34,494 nucleotides of DNA from Pseudomonadota bacterium (GTDB taxonomy: Bacteria; Bdellovibrionota_B; Oligoflexia; Oligoflexales; CAIMVM01), in NCBI GenBank assembly GCA_037142195.1, contig JBAXBA010000036.1, positions 1-34,494 on the forward strand, given 5' to 3'. Numbering within the stretch: position 1 is the stretch's first letter; each line of letters starts with the position of its first letter. The notes beneath the pieces were generated by a model, which searched no databases, was not told the DNA's origin, and saw only the letters and a program-made list of their open reading frames with translations. Shown piece after piece: positions 1-9,631 of the stretch. The position numbers and the translations under genes are program-made.

Positions 1-202
1 AGATTTAAAACTTCAGCAAACAATTTGGAAATCTTAACCTCTAAATAGGCCCATGTTTTTATAGAATAGGCGGAAGACATCTTATCAAGGCTCGAAGTTC
101 AAATTCTCCTGCCTACTCACTCGCACGGCGTTGATTTTCTTAGCAACTTTCCGTTGAAGTCTGAATCTATACCGCTGTTATAATATATGCTGCGTATTTT
201 AT

Positions 203-232
203 ATTCGCCTGAAAAAGGACTTTCAGGCGAAT
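203..232. terminator. Hairpin downstream of topA (possible terminator)
   Basis: Perfect 12-bp inverted repeat ATTCGCCTGAAA/TTTCAGGCGAAT with a 6-nt loop, about 40 bp past the topA stop. No clean U-tract on the minus strand. Confidence 0.55.
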
Positions 233-270
233 GAGATTTATTTTCAAAGTCGGTTCAGACCTCTAAAAGG

Positions 271-3006
271 CTAGACTTTCGCTTTTGCAGCTGTTTTCTT
301 GACAGTTTTCGTTTTGGAGGGGGCTGCTTTTTTGCTGCTAGCAGCTTTTTCAGATTTGGCATCTCCTTCTTGCTCTTCAGCTCCTTTTCTCTCTAGCCAT
401 TTGGAGCCATCAAAATACGCAGCCCAGCCCGAAGGTTTTCCTTCTGGGGTTTCGCTACCGAGGAAGTATTCTTTGGTTTTTCTGGCGAAGCGAACGAGAT
501 AGGGCTGTCCTTCGCGGTCATGGGTAGGAGCTTCCAGAAGAAAGTTAAACTTTTCGTCAAGAAGGTCTTTGTGACGAAGAAGATCGTTAAGTTCTGGTTT
601 TCTGGTTTCCCTTGACTTAGGAAAGTTACTGGACGCCAGAAACATGCCGGCAGCGCCATCCCGGAGGATGAAATAGCCGTCGGACTCGCTGCATTTCAGC
701 TCTTTCATATGAATGGCATCAGCTTTTGGGGGAGCTGCTTCGCCGTTTCTTAAAAGTTTTCTTGTATTGTTGCATTCAGGATACTTCGTACAGCCGAAGT
801 ATTTGCCAAACCGACCGGTCTTAAGCTGCATTTCAGCCCCACATTTGTCGCAGTCGAGCTTAGGGCCATCGTAGCCTTTGATTTTAAATTTTCCTTGCTC
901 CACTTGAAATCCAGGGCATGTGGGATTATTGCCGCACACATGAAGCTTGTGCTCTTCATCCATAAGATAGCTATCCATGGCTGTTGAGCAAATGGGACAA
1001 CGTCTTTTATCGAGGAGTTCCCTAGCATCGCCTTCATCATCAGAAAGCTCACTTCCAACCGCAACAGCCTCATAACCTGGAACCAGATTGATCGTGCCTT
1101 TGCATCTTTCTTTGGGCGGTAAGCTATAGCCAGAGCAGCTTAAAAATACGCCCGTCGTGGCCGTTCTTACCATCATGGGCCTGCTGCATGTGGGGCATTT
1201 GATATCAGTAGGGGTTGGATCGGAATCGAGCATGGATTCTTCGGCGTCCGCCAAATTACCTTTGAAATCTTTGTAGAAGGCATTGAGGACTTTAAGCCAG
1301 TTGGCTTCCCCTTGGGCAACTTTGTCGAGTCTTTCTTCCATCTTGGCAGTGAATTCGTAATCCATGAGTTCATGAAAGCTACCAAGAAGGCGGTCGGTTA
1401 CTATTTCGCCCATTTTTAAAGCAAAAAAACGTCTGGCTTCCACTTTAACGTAGCCCCGATCTTGAATCGTCGAAATGATCGAAGCATAGGTAGAAGGTCT
1501 GCCGATCCCTCTTTTTTCAAGTTCCTGTACAAGTCTCGCTTCCGTAAAACGTGGAGGTGGTTTGGTAAAATGCTGACTTTCTTTGAGGTCAACAAGTTCC
1601 AGTTGAGTGCCTTGTTTTACATCTGGTAGTTCGGATTCATCGTCTTTTTTAGCTTGCGCCGGGAGGACTTTTCTAAATCCGTCAAAGCGCATGACTCGTC
1701 CATTTGATTTCAGTTCAAAGTCGCCACATTGAATGGTGTAGCTTGTGGTGTCGTATTCGGCTGAAGTCATTTGACATGCCACAAAGCGCCGCCAAATTAG
1801 TTCATAGAGCTTGAGCTGATCCGCTTCTAGAGTTCCGTCTGCTTGAAGGAGTTCTATAGTGGTGTGGACATTTGAGGGTCTAATGGCTTCGTGGGCCTCT
1901 TGAGCATTTTCTCGATTGGCATAAATAATCGGCTTTTCAGGCAAATATTTTTTGCCATATTCGTTTTCTATAAATGACCTACAGACTGTAAGGGATTCTT
2001 CACTCAGGTGAGTCGAATCCGTTCTCATATAGGAAATATGTCCTGCTTCATAAAGTCTTTGGGCTAAGGTCATGGTTTTCTTGACACCGTAGCCTAGACG
2101 CTGACTTGCCGCTTGTTGAAGCGTCGAGGTTATAAAAGGGGCCGCAGGTTTTGAGGTCATGCTCTTATCATCGCGTTTTGCGAGGAGGAAAGAATTTTTC
2201 TTCATAGCTGCTACGGCTTTTTGCGCATCAGCAGCATTTAGAGGCCGAAAGGCTTCTCCTTTGTTTTTAGTTACTTTGGCGTCAAAAGGTATACCTGCAG
2301 ATAATACAGCGGCAGCTTCCCAATACTCTTCTGGATTGAAGGCCTTGATCTCTCGCTCCCGCTCACTAATGAGACGAACAGCAACGGACTGCACGCGACC
2401 AGCACTTAGTCCTCGTCCCACCTTTTTCCAAAGGAGAGGTGACACCATGTAGCCGACCACGCGGTCTAAAAACCGGCGCGCTTGTTGAGCGTTGACTTTA
2501 TGTAAATTCACTTGAGTAGGCTTTTTAAAGGCTTCCTCAAGAGCTTTTTGGGTGATTTCAGAAAACGTAACTCGTTTGTATTTTTTGGAATCCCCACCGA
2601 GCGCTTCTTGAAGGTGCCAAGCAATGGCCTCACCTTCTCGGTCCAAGTCGGTTGCGAGATAGATGGTGTCAGATTTAATCGCATATTCTTTGAGCTCTTT
2701 TAAAACCTTTTCTTTGCCAGGCAGGATTTGATAATTGGCCGTCCAATTGTTTTCAGGATCAATGGCTAATCGGCGAATTAAATTGTCATGGCTTCGCTGC
2801 TCTTTTTCTGACTCTGAGAGTTTGACTCTCTTTACTGGCTTTTTAACTTCTTTAGATTCCTCTTCGCCTTGTCCGCCTTGGTCACCGCTGGTTGGAAGAT
2901 CTCGAATATGGCCGATTGAGGATTTAACAATGAAGTCTTTTCCTAGGTATTTATTGATGGTTTTGGCTTTGGCCGGAGATTCCACGATAACCAGATTTTT
3001 TGACAT
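271..3006 (-). CDS. topA: Type IA DNA topoisomerase I
   Basis: Toprim [38 protein letters not shown], catalytic [17 protein letters not shown], three C4 zinc ribbons and a Lys/Ala-rich tail. Start moved to ATG 3006 (MSKNLV), which has GGAG upstream; the ORF track starts at 3039. Confidence 0.97.
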   Translation of the reverse strand: MSKNLVIVESPAKAKTINKYLGKDFIVKSSIGHIRDLPTSGDQGGQGEEESKEVKKPVKRVKLSESEKEQRSHDNLIRRLAIDPENNWTANYQILPGKEKVLKELKEYAIKSDTIYLATDLDREGEAIAWHLQEALGGDSKKYKRVTFSEITQKALEEAFKKPTQVNLHKVNAQQARRFLDRVVGYMVSPLLWKKVGRGLSAGRVQSVAVRLISEREREIKAFNPEEYWEAAAVLSAGIPFDAKVTKNKGEAFRPLNAADAQKAVAAMKKNSFLLAKRDDKSMTSKPAAPFITSTLQQAASQRLGYGVKKTMTLAQRLYEAGHISYMRTDSTHLSEESLTVCRSFIENEYGKKYLPEKPIIYANRENAQEAHEAIRPSNVHTTIELLQADGTLEADQLKLYELIWRRFVACQMTSAEYDTTSYTIQCGDFELKSNGRVMRFDGFRKVLPAQAKKDDESELPDVKQGTQLELVDLKESQHFTKPPPRFTEARLVQELEKRGIGRPSTYASIISTIQDRGYVKVEARRFFALKMGEIVTDRLLGSFHELMDYEFTAKMEERLDKVAQGEANWLKVLNAFYKDFKGNLADAEESMLDSDPTPTDIKCPTCSRPMMVRTATTGVFLSCSGYSLPPKERCKGTINLVPGYEAVAVGSELSDDEGDARELLDKRRCPICSTAMDSYLMDEEHKLHVCGNNPTCPGFQVEQGKFKIKGYDGPKLDCDKCGAEMQLKTGRFGKYFGCTKYPECNNTRKLLRNGEAAPPKADAIHMKELKCSESDGYFILRDGAAGMFLASSNFPKSRETRKPELNDLLRHKDLLDEKFNFLLEAPTHDREGQPYLVRFARKTKEYFLGSETPEGKPSGWAAYFDGSKWLERKGAEEQEGDAKSEKAASSKKAAPSKTKTVKKTAAKAKV

Positions 3007-3430
3007 TGCTTTTGTACTCCAGAGCTCTAAACCAGTCATGATGCGTATAGAGCCATTCTAGTGAGGCATTTCCCCAATAATTTCAAGGTAAAAATTTCCT
3101 AGTGGGCTTAAATATCTAATTAGTTTGATGATAACCGAGTTTTGAATACTTTTGTGTTTAAAAAGCAACCAGGCACATTGTACTTAGGCAAAATTTGAGT
3201 TTTGTACCCATAAAACTCCATGGGTTTGCGAGGCTCAAAATCCTTTAATCGCGGGTGTGTCTTCAGGAGCGAGCCGGCCAATTATGGCGACTGACATTCC
3301 GGTTTTAGACTTTGAGCAAGGTGGGGCAATGGAATGCTTTAAGTTTGGGCACTTAAGGCAATATATGCCTCAGGGAGTGTGAGGGGCTTAGTATTATAAT
3401 CAAACCAAAGAAACAGAGGGGATCTTTTTT

Positions 3431-4900
3431 ATGGCTTTATCGAATCAAGGGCATAGAAATATTTTGGCAGGAGTTCTTGTTTGCGTTTCCGTAGCATGTA
3501 AATCGTCTAATTCTGATGTGAGCAGCAAGAATGGTTTGTATTATAGCCACGAAAGTACCAATCTCCCTTTGACTTGGCGAGTTTCTGGCAATACCAATAA
3601 AAATTGTGTGGATAACAGCTTGCTCGTTCCACCAGAACTTGTTGAGGCAATTAATGTCGCATGGACGGAGGCGGACAAACTCCTCATGGTGCCCATTTCG
3701 AGGATGATGATAAAGAACTCGGATCAAGCGACTCCAGGCGTGGACACCTCCCCTGAGAAATTGATGGCAGGGAAATTTAGGTTAGATAGCGTTGACGTTT
3801 TGGTCGGCAGTGAAAGTGTTCTCTATATGAGCGGCTGTATCAATGCCAAACCCAAGGAGGCGGCTGGAGAAAATGAAGCTGCTAGGCAGGAATATGAAAC
3901 CCGCAAAGCTGCAGTCAATAAAGGCGGAGAAGACCTAGTAGACTCATGTGGTCAAGTTTCCGAGTCAATCCAATTTCTCAAGTCTATTATTCTTTCCCCA
4001 AAATCAGACAGCAACTGTAGCCCTGAAATGGTTGCGGGGTTTGCGCTGAGAAGTTCTAATCGTGAGATCGTTCTATCGGCTCATTTTCTTGTGGATGGCA
4101 GGACATTTACCATGTCCACAGCTCCCTTTGATATCAACCGAATTGAAGTTGCAGCGAATGCGTCCGCATCTATTTCAACCTTTGCGGCTGCTATTTTACC
4201 TCTTCCACCGCCCATTAAAGCGGCCTCAGCAGCTCTACTCGATAGAATTGGCTCCGCGTCCTTTTCAGCTCAGCTAGGGCATACAAAGACCTTAATTCCC
4301 GACCGCTCCTATACAAAAGCTAACTATCCTGATGAGGATGAGGGAACTGAAGGCAGTAAAGGGATGATGCGAGTCTCAAAACTTGCCATCAAGATTGCCA
4401 AAGATATCTTGCGCCCTATTTGTCGTGAGGCTATGCCATTGGTGGGTGGTTCGAAGAATGTGGAAAGTTGCAATCTTCGACCGCTGCAAACATACCCAGG
4501 AACTTTAGAAGCCTTAAATCGGTATCGAGAAATTCCGGTTGTGAGATGCTTAGCAGGAGCAACACCCGCAGAAGATACCTATTTTGCTTTGGCGCCTCGT
4601 CCAGACAAGGCAGCGAAAGAAATAGATTTTCTTGTGACGGGCTCAAATCCTACGAAGCTTTCTGTATATCAGAAGCAAAATGATACGGTTTCGGCTTTGA
4701 ACTATCTTACATGGTCTACCTATCAAGGTGAAAACAGGACGGCAATTTGCGGACCTGTTCCTGAGGGCAAAAGGTGTGTAGCTGTGAAGGTGGGCAAGGG
4801 GATCCTTGGCATGATGCAAGGGCGTTGTGAAGCTATTAACTCTAAGAAAATTGATCTGAAACTATCATTGGCTACCGATCGCACTATGCAGCCACTTTAA
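3431..4900 (+). CDS. Hypothetical Cys-rich lipoprotein
   Basis: 489-aa ORF with a GAGGGGG RBS, a hydrophobic N-terminus ending in lipobox VSVA-C, and 10 further Cys. No recognised domain. Confidence 0.75.
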   Translation: MALSNQGHRNILAGVLVCVSVACKSSNSDVSSKNGLYYSHESTNLPLTWRVSGNTNKNCVDNSLLVPPELVEAINVAWTEADKLLMVPISRMMIKNSDQATPGVDTSPEKLMAGKFRLDSVDVLVGSESVLYMSGCINAKPKEAAGENEAARQEYETRKAAVNKGGEDLVDSCGQVSESIQFLKSIILSPKSDSNCSPEMVAGFALRSSNREIVLSAHFLVDGRTFTMSTAPFDINRIEVAANASASISTFAAAILPLPPPIKAASAALLDRIGSASFSAQLGHTKTLIPDRSYTKANYPDEDEGTEGSKGMMRVSKLAIKIAKDILRPICREAMPLVGGSKNVESCNLRPLQTYPGTLEALNRYREIPVVRCLAGATPAEDTYFALAPRPDKAAKEIDFLVTGSNPTKLSVYQKQNDTVSALNYLTWSTYQGENRTAICGPVPEGKRCVAVKVGKGILGMMQGRCEAINSKKIDLKLSLATDRTMQPL

Positions 4901-4909
4901 AACCATCTT

Positions 4910-5602
4910 ATGGGGAGTTTTGTCGTGAATCGTATGGAAATTCTGTTTGCAACATCTGTTTTAGGTCTAACTCTTGAGGGCTGCCGATCTGCTGAGGAAA
5001 GCCACTTGCAGAATGTAGTGGTGTCATCGGTGGGGGCAAGTTCAAGTTGTGACATGCAAAGGGCGCTTGTAGGGTGTTTCAAAATTGTTCTGGCAAAGTC
5101 CACACCTATTTATCCCATTAATGATAGCGATCCCAACTTTGATAGGGATAATTGCGACTTTTCTGGTAATCTCGAAAGGTCTAGTGGTGGTGTGGTCACA
5201 CGGTGGAAAGCTGAAGCGGAAAAAACTCAATTACCAGGGTCTAATGCAAAAAAAAGTGGGTGTTTGCAAGCTTTCGTCAGTCCTGAAAATCCTTTGATGT
5301 TTAAATATTTCTTCAGAGTCACTCCCAGTGCTTCAGGGCAAATCAATGGGACTTGGGAAGATGTACCACTGTCTTCAACTAGCATGGCGACAACTAAGGA
5401 TTTGCAGTGGCGGGTTGAGCCCAAAATGGAGAAAATATCTTCAGATGGCACTTGTTTGGCCAATGACCGAAGCTCTGGTCAGTACATGTTTAACCTTCAA
5501 TCCAACGGAAAAGCCTCCATTGTAGTTAGTTTTAATAATGATAAACCCACAGTGCTTAAGTACTTTGGTCATGTCATTGAAAATGTTTCTTGTAATAACT
5601 GA
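4910..5602 (+). CDS. Hypothetical lipoprotein
   Basis: 230-aa ORF 9 bp after the previous gene, with lipobox LEG-C and 6 further Cys. The start may be GTG 4926, since GGGGAG lies upstream of it. Confidence 0.7.
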   Translation: MGSFVVNRMEILFATSVLGLTLEGCRSAEESHLQNVVVSSVGASSSCDMQRALVGCFKIVLAKSTPIYPINDSDPNFDRDNCDFSGNLERSSGGVVTRWKAEAEKTQLPGSNAKKSGCLQAFVSPENPLMFKYFFRVTPSASGQINGTWEDVPLSSTSMATTKDLQWRVEPKMEKISSDGTCLANDRSSGQYMFNLQSNGKASIVVSFNNDKPTVLKYFGHVIENVSCNN

Positions 5603-5665
5603 ATCCTTTTCCTTCTCGTTCGATCTTGTTTCGAAGGAAGCATCAACTTCTAAAAAGCTAGGGCT

Positions 5666-6883
5666 CTATTTTTTCTTAGGGATAGGGTATGCAGTGGGAT
5701 AAGTCGTTTTATCCCAATCGAATTTAAGGCCCGTGTTCGCTATTTTTTGTCCTTTTCTTACATAGACTATGGCTCCCTCCACAATAGGGGAGCCGTCTTT
5801 TGACTTGAGATTCATTTCAGGGCCATAGTAGGCCACAATGTGTCCCTTGATAGCCCCACCTTCAGTCTCTAATCTGTCACCAATTTTGAGGCCCCAGGCT
5901 CGTCCTTTATCAATGTAGAGCCAACCCCGATCTTTTTTGAGAACCTCGGGCCCTGAGTCTAGGGATAAGAGTTTTGCTTCTGACTTAAGGAAATCAAGCA
6001 TTTTTTCATCGCCGCTGAATTGAAAACCAGTTTTAGATTCTTCAAGTTTTAAATCTAGGTTTAGTGTAACAGGATGTCTTCTCCCGAATACGGACTCTAT
6101 GACTTTGATGGTGGTTTTAATAGTCTCTCCGCTTTTTGGAGCGAGTTGGCTGTAGTTAATCAGGAATTTTCGGGTGGATCTTGCGGGCACGAGGGAAACC
6201 GACGCACCGGTTTGGCGAAGATAACCGTAGTACTCCCCATCTAAGTCAGAGTTCACGGCTGAGATGTCTAAGATTCTTTCCGTTAGAATGAGATTCAAAC
6301 AGGAGGGGTCTCGCAGAGGATCTGAGTCGCTCTCATTGTGTAGGGAAACCTTTAAATTGTGAGGATAGGGAGGTCTGGCCTCCAGTTTTGAAAAAGCATT
6401 TTTAGTCGCAACTACCAAGGCTTGAGAAAGATTATATTTTGCTGATGGATCATTCTTAGCAGGTGAGAGAATCTCTGATCCTACAGCAAGGGTAGTCCAT
6501 TTTTCCTGGGAAGATATTTGGGAAAAAACCACTAACTTTGAGGCGATGCTGCAGACAAATGGTTGTATGAGGAGGCGTTTTTCGGGCGTGTTTTTTGTGA
6601 ATTCCTCTTTGAGCTGAGTTAAACCTATAAAGTTTGAAAGTTTGGGAGCAAGGCTTTCCATGGGAGAAGAGTTATTGGCCTTATAGAGTTTGTCTAAGGT
6701 TGTATTTTGGCTTCCTAGGATTCCAGCTACGGCTTTTGTCGCTTCCATCATAGTGGTCTTGTTTTTTTCTTGAAACCATGCGGGCGCACCGTCGCTTACC
6801 CAAGGCATAATGATCACATCTGGCATGGTCCAGGCGTAACTGCGGGTAGAGAGGATAAGTGCTAGAAAATATCCTTTTTTCAA
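5666..6883 (-). CDS. Secreted hypothetical protein with FlgT C-terminal-like beta domain
   Basis: TTG start with AGGAG RBS, signal peptide ending SYA-W, and C-terminal LYIDKGRAWGLKIGDRL resembling the FlgT_C-type motif. Confidence 0.65.
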   Translation of the reverse strand: MKKGYFLALILSTRSYAWTMPDVIIMPWVSDGAPAWFQEKNKTTMMEATKAVAGILGSQNTTLDKLYKANNSSPMESLAPKLSNFIGLTQLKEEFTKNTPEKRLLIQPFVCSIASKLVVFSQISSQEKWTTLAVGSEILSPAKNDPSAKYNLSQALVVATKNAFSKLEARPPYPHNLKVSLHNESDSDPLRDPSCLNLILTERILDISAVNSDLDGEYYGYLRQTGASVSLVPARSTRKFLINYSQLAPKSGETIKTTIKVIESVFGRRHPVTLNLDLKLEESKTGFQFSGDEKMLDFLKSEAKLLSLDSGPEVLKKDRGWLYIDKGRAWGLKIGDRLETEGGAIKGHIVAYYGPEMNLKSKDGSPIVEGAIVYVRKGQKIANTGLKFDWDKTTYPTAYPIPKKK

Positions 6884-7002
6884 ATGGGATCTCCTACATG
6901 GGAGGTAGATCGGTAGGGAGCCAGAAGGGGCTGAGTCTTTGTTCTAGACGTATGCTTTAACAGGCTAAAATAGTTGACGAAAGATATAAATGGTAAAGTT
7001 GC

Positions 7003-7031
7003 TTGACAAGGATTCCGTACCTATGTATGGT
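7003..7031 (+). promoter_or_regulatory. Sigma70 promoter for the EI24-recA operon
   Basis: TTGACA (7003-7008), 17-bp spacer, TATGGT (7026-7031). Confidence 0.6.
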
Positions 7032-7057
7032 TTTTGGAGATTCAAAGGAGTTCGATC

Positions 7058-7777
7058 TTGAAAGATTCGTTGATAGCGTTTAAGGGCGGTTTTACTGCTT
7101 TTATTGAAGGCCTTCGCTGGTACCGAAGTCACCCTTTTTATGCTCTTCTTATCGCGCTACCGCTTGTCGTAGCAGTCGTCTTCGTTCTCACTTTGCTTGG
7201 GCTATTTATTGAGCACCGAGAAGAGTTGATGAGGAGCCTTTTTTTTGATCAGCCAGAGTTTGGTTGGAAGCTTTTTTTGTGGTGGACTCTCTATATTTCT
7301 AGTTCACTGGCAGCCGTGTTTTTTGTTTTTTTTACGGGACCTATCGTGGCGGATCTTCTCTCCACTCCTATTTATGAGCTGGTCTCAGCTCGTATTGAAA
7401 AAGACTTTTGTTCTCAGCAGCCGCGGGAAATTCGTTTTTGGGCGAGTGTCAGGCTTCTTCGTGAGGAGTTTAAAAAAGCCTTAGCCATTTTAGGCCTGTC
7501 GGCGATAGTGATCCCGGTACCTATTCTTAATTTCCTTGTCCCGCCATTTTTAATTGCCTGCGACATGTATGATTACTCGATGGCCCGCCGCGGGTTTAGT
7601 TTCAGACGGCGTGTTAGCTTTGTCTTGCAAGATGTCTGGGCTGTGATAGGGTTTGCGCTGTGGTTCACCATACCTTTCTTGCAGTTTTTAATTATGCCTC
7701 TTGCGGTAGCGGGCGGTACAATTTTGGCTTCAAGAAAATTAGAGAAGTTAGATTTGGGGTCCTATCCCTTAACATAG
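7058..7777 (+). CDS. EI24/CysZ-like membrane protein
   Basis: Multiple hydrophobic helices; motifs LLSTPIYELVSARIE, YDYSMARR and IPFLQFLIMPLAVAGGT fit the EI24/CysZ family. TTG 7058 has an AAGGAG RBS and lies downstream of the predicted promoter; the ORF track starts at 7034. Confidence 0.8.
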   Translation: MKDSLIAFKGGFTAFIEGLRWYRSHPFYALLIALPLVVAVVFVLTLLGLFIEHREELMRSLFFDQPEFGWKLFLWWTLYISSSLAAVFFVFFTGPIVADLLSTPIYELVSARIEKDFCSQQPREIRFWASVRLLREEFKKALAILGLSAIVIPVPILNFLVPPFLIACDMYDYSMARRGFSFRRRVSFVLQDVWAVIGFALWFTIPFLQFLIMPLAVAGGTILASRKLEKLDLGSYPLT

Positions 7778-7798
7778 TAAAGTCAAAAGGAGCATTTT

Positions 7799-8935
7799 AT
7801 GCAGCAGAATCAGAAGGACGTACAATCAGTTAAAGAAAAATTAAAAACTCTTGAGATGGCTATCGGAGCTATTGAAAAGCAGTTTGGCAAGGGCGCCATT
7901 ATGCGTCTTGGCGAAGGGGAAGCGGAAAAAGTAGAGATTATTCCTACAGGTTCTCTGTCACTTGATATTGCTTTAGGGACGGGCGGGATTCCCCGTGGTC
8001 GAGTGGTTGAAATCTATGGTCCAGAATCTTCCGGTAAGACAACGATGACTCTTCATGCGATTGCAAATGCCCAAAAGGCGGGAGGAGTTTGTGCCTTTAT
8101 CGATGCAGAACATGCTCTTGATACGAATTATGCCAGAAAAATCGGTGTCAACTTGGATGAACTTTTAGTTTCTCAGCCTGATACAGGCGAGCAGGCTCTC
8201 GAGATTGTAGAGACTTTGGTGAAAAGTGGTGTTGTCGATCTTATTGTCGTCGACTCCGTGGCTGCACTGACTCCAAAAGCTGAACTGGAAGGGGATATGG
8301 GCGCGAGTCATGTGGGCCTTCAAGCCCGCCTCATGTCGCAAGCTCTCAGAAAACTCACGGGCGTTATTTCAAGAACAAATTGTACCGTTCTTTTCATTAA
8401 CCAGCTTCGTATGAAGATTGGTGTTATGTTCGGTAGCCCAGAAACCACCACAGGTGGTAATGCTCTTAAGTTTTACTGCTCTGTACGTTTAGACATTCGA
8501 AGAATCGCCTCCATCAAACAAGGCGAGGATGTTGTGGGCAACCGCGTGCGAGTTAAAGTAGTCAAGAACAAGTTGGCTGCTCCTTTTAAAGAAGCCGAGT
8601 TTGACATCATGTTTAATGAAGGCGTTTCCAAAGAAGGCGATCTTATCGATTTAGCTGTGACGGCAGAAGTGGTGAAGAAGTCTGGATCTTGGTTCTCTTA
8701 TGGGGAAGAAAGACTTGGCCAAGGAAGAGAAGGCGCTAAGGAGTATCTCAAGAACAATCCTAAAGTGTCTCAGAAAATTGAGGTTGAGGTTATGAAGCGT
8801 TACGGCTTAGCTGAGGAACCGCTAAGAGCAGGAGCTAGCGCTGCTGAGCCTAAGCCAGGCGTTAAGTTGGACGCAAAAGCTGACGTGAAGGCAGAGATGA
8901 AGTCTGAAAAGGCTCCTAAAGTCGCTAATGCTTAG
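7799..8935 (+). CDS. recA: Recombinase RecA
   Basis: [14 protein letters not shown], Walker [48 protein letters not shown]. Confidence 0.99.
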   Translation: MQQNQKDVQSVKEKLKTLEMAIGAIEKQFGKGAIMRLGEGEAEKVEIIPTGSLSLDIALGTGGIPRGRVVEIYGPESSGKTTMTLHAIANAQKAGGVCAFIDAEHALDTNYARKIGVNLDELLVSQPDTGEQALEIVETLVKSGVVDLIVVDSVAALTPKAELEGDMGASHVGLQARLMSQALRKLTGVISRTNCTVLFINQLRMKIGVMFGSPETTTGGNALKFYCSVRLDIRRIASIKQGEDVVGNRVRVKVVKNKLAAPFKEAEFDIMFNEGVSKEGDLIDLAVTAEVVKKSGSWFSYGEERLGQGREGAKEYLKNNPKVSQKIEVEVMKRYGLAEEPLRAGASAAEPKPGVKLDAKADVKAEMKSEKAPKVANA

Positions 8936-9011
8936 TTCTCGTGCATGTTTTTATTTTTCGCATAAGAATCTTCGTTGCTTTTGATTCTTCGTGGAAAAAT
9001 TGACTTTAAGC

Positions 9012-9045
9012 GCAGGAGTACTTTCTAGTATTCCTGCTTTTTTTT
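9012..9045 (+). terminator. Rho-independent terminator of recA
   Basis: 11-bp stem GCAGGAGTACT/AGTATTCCTGC (one G-U pair) with a 4-nt loop, followed by 8 T. Confidence 0.85.
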
Positions 9046-9064
9046 CGTGCTGCTTTTTTCTCGT

Positions 9065-9093
9065 GAAAGAGGGCTCCTTTTCCAAAGGAACCC
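9065..9093 (-). terminator. Terminator of the peptidase-pilT-thioesterase operon
   Basis: Minus strand reads GGGTTCCTTT-GGA-AAAGGAGCCC followed by TCTTTC, directly after the thioesterase stop. Confidence 0.6.
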
Positions 9094-9094
9094 T

Positions 9095-9631
9095 TTATTT
9101 TTTGGGATTCGAAAAGTCTTTTACAAAGGATTTGTCCAAAGCTTGCCAAGCTTGAATCCAAATCTCAGAAGAGGGTCTTTCACGAAATTGAAGGAGTGAC
9201 GTGATTTCAGGTATAGGGACTATCTTTCTTTTGTGGAGAAAGCAAATTTTTACAGCGCCACGTGCATAGAGTTCATTTTTGACGACAAAATCTTGTTCAA
9301 TATACACAAATTTATGATCGCTCCCTACAATTCTGGTATGTAAGTCAAAACGCCTAAAAAGTCCTAAACTCTTCCGGTAACTTACGGTGGCACTAGCCAC
9401 CACCGGATTCCATTTTTTATCAAGAAAAATTCTGGCGGCTCCTGTTCTTATAATGAAGTCTAGCCGCCCCAAATCCATAAAAGTCAGGAATCGACCGTTA
9501 TTGAGATGGATGTTTAAATCAATATCGTGAGGTAGGACCCAAAAACGAGTTTTACTTTCTTCGCTCACGGACGTCTGTTTTTTGAAGAGTGCTAAAAGCC
9601 AGATGATGCAAACACGTATCCAGAGATTCAT
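9095..9631 (-). CDS. Acyl-CoA thioesterase (hotdog fold, 4HBT-like)
   Basis: DIDLNIHLNNGRFLTFMDLGR motif; ATGA overlap with the pilT-family gene. Confidence 0.9.
   Translation of the reverse strand: MNLWIRVCIIWLLALFKKQTSVSEESKTRFWVLPHDIDLNIHLNNGRFLTFMDLGRLDFIIRTGAARIFLDKKWNPVVASATVSYRKSLGLFRRFDLHTRIVGSDHKFVYIEQDFVVKNELYARGAVKICFLHKRKIVPIPEITSLLQFRERPSSEIWIQAWQALDKSFVKDFSNPKK

Noticed and set aside
60..120. tRNA-like segment (GTTCAAAT within a TAGGCGG/CCTGCCTA pairing)
   Set aside because: No cloverleaf, D-arm or CCA end could be built; it is just an imperfect hairpin.
299..3061. Short ORFs antisense or out of frame within topA, and likewise those within purA, pilT, the peptidase, lepB and other long genes
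   Set aside because: Shadow ORFs overlapping well-supported genes, with no motifs or RBS.
3198..3219. GAGTTTT/AAAACTC inverted repeat between topA and the lipoprotein gene
   Set aside because: A 7-bp AT-rich stem is expected by chance; no supporting context.
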